Assembly: GCA_028534125.1 (NCBI GenBank)
Contig: CM052817.1
Location: forward strand, 89,220,001-89,284,000
From: Lama glama
Lineage: Eukaryota
Direction of reading: 5' to 3'
DNA: 64,000 nt
Shown here: positions 53,429 through 64,000 of the stretch, piece after piece
Layout: the number at the start of each line of letters is the position of its first letter
How positions within the stretch are numbered: position 1 is the first letter of the stretch
Position numbers and translations under genes: made by a program
Notes under the pieces: generated by a model
Told to the model about the DNA's origin: nothing
The model's input: only the letters and a program-made list of their open reading frames with translations
Databases searched by the model: none

Positions 53429-55129
53429 CTTACTGTGCATTTTTAAACAAAAACAGTTTTCTACGTTTTTAAGTAGCTGAAGAACTGTCCAGGCATTCTG
53501 AAGCAGAAACTAGTCATGCCATCTTTTTAATTATGGTAGCATTACTATTGAGCCATAATACTACCTAAAGTGTGTGACTTCTAACCAAGCCATCAATACC
53601 CATTTTAATTTCTGATAACTGAGAAATCCTGACTCCTTGTCTGCATGTTGAAAGCGACAGGGCATTTTATACCCTTCCACAGTTCATCATGAGCTCTCTG
53701 TAGTTAGCTGATGCCCTGACCTTCAGAGTATTCTTCATGGATTCTGGGCACTGCCCCATGCTCGGCCTGGCTTGACAGATATTGGGCAAGTTGTCCTCAA
53801 TGGCACGCTGCCCCATGTGTTTAAGACCCAGCAGTGACATCTTTCAGCTTAGAAAACTCAGCATGAACAACTGTGCTCAAAATTCTACACAGTGACATCC
53901 AAGAAAAGTTTACTTCTTGGGAAAATAACATAATTTATCCCTGCCAAGTCTATGAGGCTATTTCCAAACCATATATATTTCTAAGAGAAACCTATTTATG
54001 TGGTGTTTTCAGACAAAAATAATATTCATAATGAAATATTTTGTGATCTCTAAATATATACAAGACTTAATTTATTTAAAAAACAAATTTCAAACACAAA
54101 TTTCGGCTCTGCATTCTTTTATAATTTTCATTCAGGAACTCCAAGAAAACAGCCTTGTTTAACTTTTTATACATTTGTGTTTTCATAAAGGAGATTAAAA
54201 TAGGGATAAAAGCTTTATAAATTCAAAGTATTCAAAAATTATTTTTATAAATTCAATTAGAGAAATTTCCTGGTACATATATAAAAGTTGCTGAAAATTA
54301 ATTTTCTTAAATTGTTAAAAAGATAATTAATTTGTTTAAAACGAATCAAAATCATTTTTCTATTAATGCTAAAAAAATATAGAAAACTAAGTATGAGTTT
54401 CACCAAAATACTGGGATTATTTTCTTTATTGATGTGAGAGAAGATAATTTTTGCAATAATTCATGCCAGAGCTAAGTATATAGTCTATTCAGAAGTCAAA
54501 ATACACCAGGTTTTATTGTGTCCTGATTACACGATGCTGCCTTTGAGGCCACAGGCAGTATGTGTTAAAGTGCGGGAATCAAAGAGCGTGGGAGAGCAAG
54601 CGTCTGCTACTCAGACAGACAATACTATTCGCTGACTCCGACAGTCTCCATTTAAAGAATCACACATCCCACCACCAATACCCTTTAGCATTACGTCTAG
54701 AAACCAACCCCCACTTCATTCCAGTTCTCAGCAAGGCGGAGCCTATATCCAAAGGATAACTTAGTTGCCTATCAATTCACAGAGATTATTAATGTTTACC
54801 TTTGCTGAAACTATTTTCACGTGGCAACTGTATTGAGAGTATAACCAACCCAATAACCGAAACCTAGAAGCTCAGTCCAAACCCTGTTCTTAAGACAGAA
54901 TTTTATACTGTTAAGGTTTTCCATGTTTTGAAGTGATCTTTACAGTACGTGAAATACCTGTTTGAGGTTCTATCCTGTGTTTACCTTTTTTATTTTTTTT
55001 TACTTTTTCGTGGATTCCTTATACCACTGACATTTATTTTTTCATGTATTTCAACATTTTTATAGTGAACAGAAGACTATGGGGTTTCTTTTTTCTTTTT
55101 TTTTAACCAGTATTTCATATTGGTCCTGC

Positions 55130-55383
55130 CATGTCACTACACTTTCATTGAGTTTGAAATTGAATGTGTCCATGTGACTCATTTGGGGCAATGAAATGTG
55201 AGCAAGAGGGGCCTGGGTCACTTCCAGTTTGACATTTTGAGAAAACAGCACGTGCTTCACCGCACACTCTAGCCCATACTGAGGGGGGAGTGGAGTGGCA
55301 GCTCCCTCAATGGACTGCGGCAGAATCGAAAAGCAAGTCTTTGTTGTATCTCTGCAGCATAACCGGGAATCCTGACTGATAAA
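55130..55383 (+). mobile_element. MaLR LTR (MLT1H/J-like), internally deleted
   Basis: catgtgactcatttggggcaatgaaatgtgagcaag...gtcacttcca...gcagcataacc...tcctgactgataaa. Confidence 0.7.
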
Positions 55384-56854
55384 CTTGAAAATTCTTTTAA
55401 AAAAAGGAAAAAGCCATAAAACGTATATGGACTGGGATATAAAATTACTTTTGTACTTTTCAATTTGACAAATATCTTATTTTCCCAAGCCTGAATTTCC
55501 AAAGCTGGCTTTCTTTTCACACTGATCCTTCTGATATTCACTCTCTAAAATGAATTTGAAGACTTCAAATGATGTGAATAAAGTTCTACTAGACAAAAAC
55601 TATGCATGCACAATCTTTCCTTGCATTGCTGTCTCTCCTTCATAACATAAAATTTTAATTTTCAGAAAGTGCTAAGACTTTCAGTATGTAAAACAAGACA
55701 TTATTTTCTTAATTTTTATTACAACTTTTCTCAAGACTACGATTTGCCTATTTTAATTCAGGCTGTTTTCACAAAGAATGATTTGCATGAAAAAGGTCCC
55801 CTCAAATACCTGGATCTCTTACTTCTCTATTTTTTGAATAACTTATTCAATATGAAAAGCTTGGAAATAACACAGCAGATCAATTTTAAAGGATGTTCAG
55901 AAATCATGAAACTAGTAAGTTCATGATTTGAAACAATTTTTCATCTTTTCTCTCCAAAAATTAACCTTAATAAGCTAAAGAGTATAATAAAATATGAAGA
56001 ATACAAATGAAATAAATGAATCATAAGGTCTTTTGTGGCACTTTATGTATTTTGTTTGATGGCTTGTTGCACCTCAAGGATTTTACCCCCAAATAGGAAC
56101 ACTTTAAGCTATATTATTAAAAGAACACATACTGTTTTGATAATCTTCAAGCTGCTTGAATCTTTTGTAGCTAAATGGCTTTATTCCAAAAAAGCAGATA
56201 AAATTTAAGCTGATTGGAGTTATAAATAAGTCAAGAATCAGTCTAAATCCGTCATTAAATATCACACTTTAATTTGAGATGCTCTACAAATATCGACAAA
56301 ATATCATCTTTGAAGCTTTAAAGATAACAAACAAAAATATTAACAGAAGAAAAGACTGCAAAACTTTAAACCAGCTAAAGATGTCAGAAATAAGAAATTA
56401 GCATTCATACGTATAAGCCATGCAACTGCTTTGTATATGGGATTATACCACATGAAGCATCAAATTCTACTTTATAAATATTCAACTGAAAAACTCAAAT
56501 AGCTTTGGATTTATTAAAGTGCTTTATAAATATATATATATAATTTGAATGAATTGGTATGACTGAAAATTTTAAAATCTTAAAAATTTTCAATTAGAAA
56601 TTGCTTTTAGTTCATAATCTGGTTTGAACTCTTTAATTTTTTCATTTTACATTAACTCAGAATGATGTATACATTTTTAGTAACATTTTTCTAATGAGTA
56701 CACTAAAATTATAAATAGCTTTTAAATAGAAAAAATAATACATCACAGTGGAGTGCTTTTATATCTCAGGAGGTAAGGTACTCTGGGGTGTTTAAAACAA
56801 CATCATATTTTAAGTGTTTTATTTTCTACGTTTTCCTTGAAATATGTTTCATCA

Positions 56855-58977
56855 TGAAAGGTAGAATATGCCACCCCAAAATATGCCACTCTTGTGTAAG
56901 TATTATTTTGAGATGAAGGTAATTGAGAAGATGCAGATACAAAAAAAAAGCTTTTTGCCCTCCTGTATTTGCCAAAAAGCAGGACATAAAATTACAAAGG
57001 TGTCCCTCCTCCCCTCTCTACCAGTAAAAACAAAAGTTCCTCCAGCTTCATTCTTTTTCTTCAGTAATGCTTTGGCAATTCCAGGTCTTTTGTGATCATG
57101 GTATTGGTACAAAAACAGACATATAGATCAAGGGAACAGAACAGAGAGCCCAGAAATGAACCCACAAACTTTTGGTCAATCAATTTTTGACAAAGGAGGC
57201 AAGAACACACAATGGAATAAAGACAGTCTCTTCAGCAAATGGTTTTGGGAAAACTGGACAGCTGCATGTAAATCAGTGAAGTTAGAACACTCCCTAACAT
57301 CATACACAAAAATAACTCAAAATGGCTTGAAGACTTAAACATAAGACAAGACACAATAAATCTCTTACAAGAAAACACAGGCAAAACATTCTCTGACATT
57401 AATCTTAGCAATGTTCTCCTAGGACAGTCTACCAAAGCAACAGAAATAAAAGCAAAAATAAACAAATGGGACCTAATTAAACTTACAAGCTTCTGCACAG
57501 CAAAGGAAACCATAAGTAAAACAAAATGACAACCTAAGGAATGGGAGAAAATATTTGCAAAAGATGAGACTGGCAAGGGCTTAATTTCCAGAATATATAA
57601 ATAGCTCATACAACTTAGTTAGAAAAAAACAAACAACCCAATCCCAAAATGGGCAGGACTAAAAAAGCAATTCTCCAGTGAACACATACAAATAGCCAAC
57701 AGGCACATGAAAGAATGCTCATTATCAATACTTATCAGAGAAATGCAAATCAAAACTACAATGAGGTATCACCTCACACCAGTCAGAATGGTCATCATTC
57801 AAATATCCATAAATGATAAATGTTGGAGGGGCTGAGGAGAAAAGGGAATCCTCCTACACTGTTTGTGGGAATGTAGTTTGGTGCAGCCATTGTGAAAAAC
57901 AGAATGGAGATTCCTCAAAAGACTAAAAATAGACTTACCAAATGACGAGCAATCCCACTCCTGAGCATATATCCAGAAGGAACCTTAATTCAAAGAGATA
58001 CTTGCATCCCAGTGTTCACAGCAGCACTATTTACAATAGCCAAGACATGGAAGCAACCAAAAGGTCCAATGACAGATGACTGGATAAGAAGTTGTGGCAT
58101 ATTTATACAATGGAATGCTACTCAGCCATAAAAAATAATAAAATAATGCCATTTGCAGCAACATGGATGGACCTGGAGAATGTCATTGTAAGTGAAGTAA
58201 GCCAGAAAGAGAAAGAGAAATACCATATCACTCATATGTGGAATCTTAAAAAAAAAAATAGACAAACTTACAAAACAGAAACAGACTCACAGACATAGAA
58301 AACACACTTAACGGTTACCAGGGGTTGGGGGTAGGGAGGGAAGGGACAAACTGGGAGTTTGAGATTTGCAGATACCAACTGGTATATATAAAACATAAAC
58401 AAGTTTATACTGTATAGCACAGGGAACTATATTCAATATCTTGTAGTAACTTATGGTGAAAAAGAATATGAAAATGAATGTATGTATATTCATGTATGAC
58501 TGAAGCATTGTGCTGTACAGCAGAAATTGACACAACATTGTCAACTGACTATACTTTAATTTTAAAAATAGAAAAAAAAAAAGTAACTGGAGACAGCTTT
58601 GGACCCTATCAGTCTGAAGAAGGTATCAGAGGAATCTGCATAACAAACTTTACTAACTAGTTTATCTCTATCATTAGTCCCCCGGCCCATCCAATATTTA
58701 CCTTCCCACAGTTTGCTGCCTTTAGAAATCTAAACGTGCTTTCCTTTGTTATGTCATTTAGCACAGATACATTTTTGTTTATTGAAGATGTTATATAAAC
58801 CAGAGTTCTACGCCATCACTCTGAGTTACTCCTTTGTCCCTGGGTGTCTCCCATTTATACATGAAGTACACGTGTTAATGAACTTGTGTGTGTGTTTCTC
58901 TCATTAATCCACCTTTTGTCATAAGGGCCCAAAGAGAACTTAGAAGGGTAAAAAAAAATTATATTTCTTCCTCTACA
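56855..58977 (+). mobile_element. ERV1 solo LTR (MER34-like) split by an L1 (pieces 56855-57038 and 58583-58977)
   Basis: tgaaaggtagaatatgccaccccaaaatatgccact start; ends ...tttcttcctctaca. Confidence 0.8.
57039..58582 (+). mobile_element. Lineage-specific L1, 5'-truncated, with a short 5' inversion (57039-57095) and A-rich tail
   Basis: ORF2 C-terminal motifs ([35 protein letters not shown]); inverted piece reads HKRPGIAKALLKKKNEAGG on the minus strand. Confidence 0.95.
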
Positions 58978-60389
58978 AATATTTAGTAAAGAAATATTAA
59001 GAATGTGCATTCTAAATAGTAATTAGTTTGAGATATAACTGTCAGAGCTGCACCAGCTAGAACCTGTATCTTATACCATTTCAAGTAAAAATACAACAGA
59101 AGCCAAGAGTTTCTTCCCAAGGCCTTTTCTCCCACTTTAGTGGCCATATAGATGTGTCTGTTTCAGACAATTTTCAAGCCTCTCTCTTAAAAGAAGTTCA
59201 GTAAAAAGTATCTTTTCTGGCATAATTCCCTCAAGGACATGCTCACTGACTTATGTTATTAAATATTAATGCATTAATTGACTAATTTCAATAAACATGT
59301 AACAAATGCATAATGTGGTGAATCCTGGAATAGGCACAGAGATAATCAATGCAAAATTCCCACACCCAAGGCCCTACAGTACAATTTTACCTATTTATCT
59401 ATCACCTAAAGCAATACTATGAGACTTGACATGGAAATTAGGGATATATCACCTTTTGAATATAGTCACATCTCAGACCAAGAATCTTAGATTTTATTAG
59501 ATGGGAAATTGCAAACCACTTATGGAATGGATTCTGCCAAAGGATGGATCTTCCAGCTTCCTTATCTGAGGTCTGTTATTCTCCCAAGAATCATTTCTTA
59601 CACGTCATCTTTAGTTTCACTCACTCCCAGTCCCCACAAACTTCACATAATCAGAAATGGAAGGTAGAGGTGGAGGTGTAATGCTTTCTCCTGGCCCCAA
59701 GCCTTCATCTTCTACTGTCTGGTAAAAACCAACTAGTAGATTAAATCATATAAAACAGAAAATATTCAATCATTTTCTTTCTATACAAAAGGCAAATTCA
59801 TAAGAATCAATCATTATTTTGAAGCTCTCAGAACTTTTTTTATCCATTCATATCATCTTACAGTATTACCAATGTTGACACTTGGCTCATAACCTATTTA
59901 CCTATTAAAATATTATCATCAAACAACGACAATCTTGCTATGTAGACATTGCTATCACCACCATAATTTCAGTTTTTGTTCTCAAATTTAGTCGTCAAAA
60001 CCTCTACTGTCCTTTAGCAACCACTTTATCCATGTCCTAAACTTTGCTGATTTGTTGGCACTACCAAATGCATGGTGTTCAACCTCTGCTACGTCCTCAA
60101 AATTGCTTGGGAATCACTTTTTGTGCCCACATCCTCATTCCTTTTACCATATATTTAAAACCTTCACCATTTTCCTCAAATAATTTGCACCACCATTTAC
60201 TACTTCTACTGAATACAGATAATCTTATATCCTACCTTGCACATATAATGAAGGGGACATACCCTCTCAATCTCCTGTCCCTTACCTAAGGAGTCAAAAT
60301 AGTACGTACCTAATTCTGGTAAATTAATTATTGATCCTACTCTTTCCTGTGACCCTGTTGCAGTAGAATAAATCCCCACCTTTTGATAT

Positions 60390-60775
60390 ATGTATGGCTC
60401 TGCAGCGCCTCCTTGTAGACTATAAAGAGTAACATTCCCTAAGGCATTATTACTTTGGGCTCAGGTGTGTGACCTGCTTTTGGCAATGTGCAGAGAACCT
60501 GTGTAAGCAGAGGTTTTACGTATTTTACACTGTTTTGCTTTGCCTCTTGCACTTCAGCCATTCCATCCAGATTGACACAACTTGCCCTAAACAGCCAGTA
60601 CGAGACAACAGGAGCAGACCTGCACCCAACTAACAGCCTAGAGTACAGCCCAGCCAATCCCAGAAGAGCCCAGCCTGGATACAACCTCCCCACAGACCTG
60701 AGAGTGAGCAAAAAATGGATACCACTGTAACCTGCTGTGAAGTTGTTTCTTACACACAATCATTCAACTGTTACA
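60390..60775 (+). mobile_element. MaLR LTR (MLT1J-like)
   Basis: tactttgggctcaggtgtgtgacctgcttttggcaatg...gagcagacctgcaccca...aactgttaca. Confidence 0.75.
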
Positions 60776-60828
60776 TCACATCAGATATCTTTCCTCCAAC
60801 CCCAATGGAAATTGCTGTCTATTCTCTC

Positions 60829-61506
60829 TGAAACAGAGCAGGACCCTATGGGGCCTTCCCAGGACAGACCCACCTGCCTCTTGTCTGTAGAAAAAATTTA
60901 GTCAAAGAATAAGTTTAATCAGAGAAATAAGAAAATACAGAAACAAAGGGAAATAAAGTCAAGCAAAACAAAATAACAGTTTAGTCATTAAACCAAGTCA
61001 AGAACATTTAGTTCCTCCTCAAGAGCTACAGATAATACTCTGAGCCACATCCTTTCAGCTGATTTGTAGATACTAAAACTCCCACCAGGTGGAAGAAGTG
61101 AACTACACAATGACCAGGCTGTAGCCATGGCATAGCTGCCACAATTCCAAGAACAGGCCTCTGAGAAATGGGAACAAATTAACCCTGGAACTGAAGATTA
61201 ACTGTACTTAAAACAACCAGGATGATGCTGATCAGACCATTGCATGACTGATTTCAAGACGACTATCAGAGCTGACTGTGCTGTTCTGCATGTTGCCCCC
61301 TCCCTCCACCTGTACGCCACTGAAACTCCTCTTTAAAAGCTCCTCCCCACTGACTGTCAGTGGGAGGGGTTGGCCTCTGGACAGGAGTCTGCCCTCTCCC
61401 CTGGTTGTCAGGCTCCAGAATAAAGCAAACCTTCATTTCTACCAACACTGGCCTCTTGCGTATTGGCTTTTGAGCAACAAGCAGCCAGACCTGAGTTTCA
61501 GAAACA
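60829..61506 (+). mobile_element. Intact ERV1-class solo LTR (MER41-related type)
   Basis: TG...CA ends (tgaaaca...gaaaca); TATA-like tttaaaa at 61332-61338; AATAAA at 61419-61424; flanks tctc/cctc. Confidence 0.85.
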
Positions 61507-61869
61507 CCTCTAAGGGTTATCCTCACTATATTCTGGATTTTACCTCCCTAGGAGTCTTACTTCAACTTGCCAAAATTAACTTCTTTTAGACCCTTCCGAC
61601 TTTAGGTCAGCTCCTCCCCTCTACCATACCCTCTTCCCCATCCACCACATGGACACCCCATTCTACCTACTGCTCAGGCTCCAATAATCTCTGGTGTGGC
61701 CAGGGGTCCTGTCCTCCCTCGTTAGGCACCGACTGTCTTTTGGGCCAAACTGTTAAGAAAATTTGGGAGAAGAGAAGAATAGAAAAGGTAGGATTTCTTT
61801 AAAAATCAATTCCAAGCATGCAATCTCTTCTTACTCTGTTCACTGCAGATGTTTCATTCTAGACTGATC

Positions 61870-63540
61870 CTTATTTTTTAATTTAATAACTTTTTTTCAT
61901 CCCAGAAAATATACATTCTAATGAAGTCAAATGTACACCTTTACTCATGAGTTGCATTTTTGGGAACTTGTCTAAAGAATTTTTTCTTTAATTGCGGTCA
62001 TAACTAAATATATCCAGTATTTTCTTCTTAGGACACAACAATTTTCCATTTCATGTTAGACTTTTTAACACATCTGAAATGTATTTGTATATGTAATGAG
62101 CTAGGCTTCTATTTTCCCTCTTCCATGATGCTAGTCAGTTCTCCCATCATAATTTATTAACAAGTTAATATTTTCTCCATTGACTTGTAATTCCTTCCTC
62201 CTTATGATAAAAACATCCATAAATTCATAGGTCTGTCTATGGGTTGGCCATTCTGTTGCACTGGTCAGTGTGAAATAATTAACAGTTCCAGAGGTAGGTA
62301 GGGAGAGATTTTATTTGAAAGGATTATTGCAAAAGGAGGGACAAAATGATTACAACAGAGAGAGGACTACTGTAATAGAGAGAACACTCCAGGTGTGAGA
62401 TCTGCAAGCATTTCAAAGACAAGGCAGAAGAGGGTTTTTCTTTTATAGAGAGAGTGAGTCAGACTAGAACCAGAGGATGAATGAAAGTGATGTAATTAGT
62501 GGATCAGAGAATTTTTTTACCCTCAGCCTATTCACAGAAGGGGCTGTTAATGAGAGGTTATCTACTGGCTCAGGCTGAGGGTGGATCAAAGTTCAGGAAC
62601 TTGGCAGAAGCAGAGCAACCTAACCAAAGTCTGGTTATCAAATATTTTGTTCCACCTGATTAGTGGGGGCAAAACTGTTCAGCTATCATTTATATGGCCA
62701 AGAAGAGAAATTTGGAGGTTCTGCGTTTGGCCAGTCATGGGTAAACAAGGGGGGTATTCGTGAGTCTGATCTAAGTCACGTGGGGAGGCTTGTCTCCTTT
62801 TGCTATGCCATCTCCTGGAACACAAAATGGTAGAGGGATTTCTTTACCATGACTGCTGCCCAGGATTACCATCACATCTGGCAGGGTAGGTTAATCTTTC
62901 TTAATTTGTTTTTTAAATTTTCCTAGGTATTATTGATTCTTTTGCCAATTCAAGAATAACAACAATCAGTATAAACATTCATTTTTGTAAAACTGGAATT
63001 GTATTATTTTTATAGACTAATTATAGATTAATTTTATAGTCTATAAAGAAATGGCATTTTCATGCCATTTTCCTCTCCCTATATATATTGTATATATCTT
63101 CACATACTTAGGTTTTTTTTCCTTCAGGAAAAGTAATGGATTTCCTTATGGTCCACTACCATATCTTAAATACATTCTTGGGTACATTAGAGATTTTCAT
63201 TACTCTTAAAAATGGAATACTCATTTTACTATTACCACATGTCTAATTTTTACAAAGAAAATACAGGAAAACTATCAATATATGTATATTGGTTTTAAGT
63301 CCAAAAAACCTGCTAAAGTCATTTGTTAGTTCACAGTCTCCAGATTTTCTTGAATTTTCTGTATATGTATTCATGTCCTCTGCAAAATAACAATGTTCTC
63401 TCTTTCCATTCTTTATTGTTCTGAACTCTCCTTCTAGCACTGGTTTGCACTTCCAGTTATGTGACCCTGAACATAATCAGTGATAAACGACACCTTGTCT
63501 AGTGTCTGAATTTGAGGGGATACTTTACATTTTTACTGGT
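61870..63540 (-). mobile_element. L1ME ORF2 fragment interrupted by an LTR (pieces about 61870-62270 and 62905-63540)
   Basis: aatgaagtcaaat...ataggtctgtctatgg...attctgttgcactggtc; resumes to tcatgtcctctgcaaaataa...caccttgtctagtgtctga. Confidence 0.75.
62271..62903 (-). mobile_element. ERV1 LTR (MER110/MER90-like)
   Basis: tgaaataattaacagttccagagg...gatctgcaagcatttcaaag...gggtaggttaatctttctta, inserted in L1ME. Confidence 0.65.
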
Positions 63541-64000
63541 ATTTCACAGAACACATGTTGTAAAATAACAATTCACCTTAATAAAACGCAGCACTACTTA
63601 CATCTTTGAAACTCACAAATTCTAACAAATACAAGGCAGTTTTTTCTGCTTGTTTACCACAGGTAGGACCCATAGTCTGTACCTACTGACGATATTAGTG
63701 GTGTTTGTATAGCATCACTTTTCACTTAAGGAACAAGCAGATTTATCAAATGCGTATTAACCTTGTCCTGGTTTCAAGGCCAGGTTGTTTGGCTACCTTT
63801 GTTGCAATGATAAAGGTATAAAATTAAGTTTGTAGTTCTAATCAGATATAACATCCCTGGGTTCCTCTGATGCACACATGGTGGTAAGCATAACACCTTG
63901 GCATTATAAAATGTACATTCTTAACCAATCCAATACCAGGAGTAAAAGGAAATCACTGGTGTAGAGTCTGGGGAACCAAAACCAAAACAGAACAAAACAA

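Noticed and set aside
53655..53820. Short minus-strand ATG ORF (MSLLGLKHMGQ...) in a GC-richer patch
   Set aside because: No homology recognised and no splice or promoter support.

Overview
AT-rich mammalian genomic DNA, intergenic or deep intronic, with two 500-N assembly gaps (7477-7976, 42468-42967). The L1 3' ends look cetartiodactyl. I saw no ruminant, pig or cetacean tRNA-derived SINEs in 64 kb, which suggests a camelid (inference). I cannot support any protein-coding gene: most listed ORFs are decayed L1/LTR sequence, N-gap artefacts or chance ORFs. The window is mostly transposon fossils: several L1s (three with 5' inversions, some with clear target-site duplications), old L1M, L2, MIR, MaLR (MLT1), ERVL (MLT2, LTR33), ERV1-type LTRs and hAT DNA transposons. 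Four things stand out: a short poly(A)-tailed retrocopy of the calreticulin (CALR) 3' UTR near 25.9 kb; an ERVL/MLT2 element with an internal fold-back that sits inside one 5-bp TSD (44.1-44.8 kb); a solo MER41-like LTR with a STAT (GAS) motif; and a regulatory-looking tract at 24.2-25.6 kb with a perfect minus-strand splice donor. Repeat family names come from my recall of consensus sequences, not from a database search, and most boundaries are approximate. I found no convincing novel multi-gene system.
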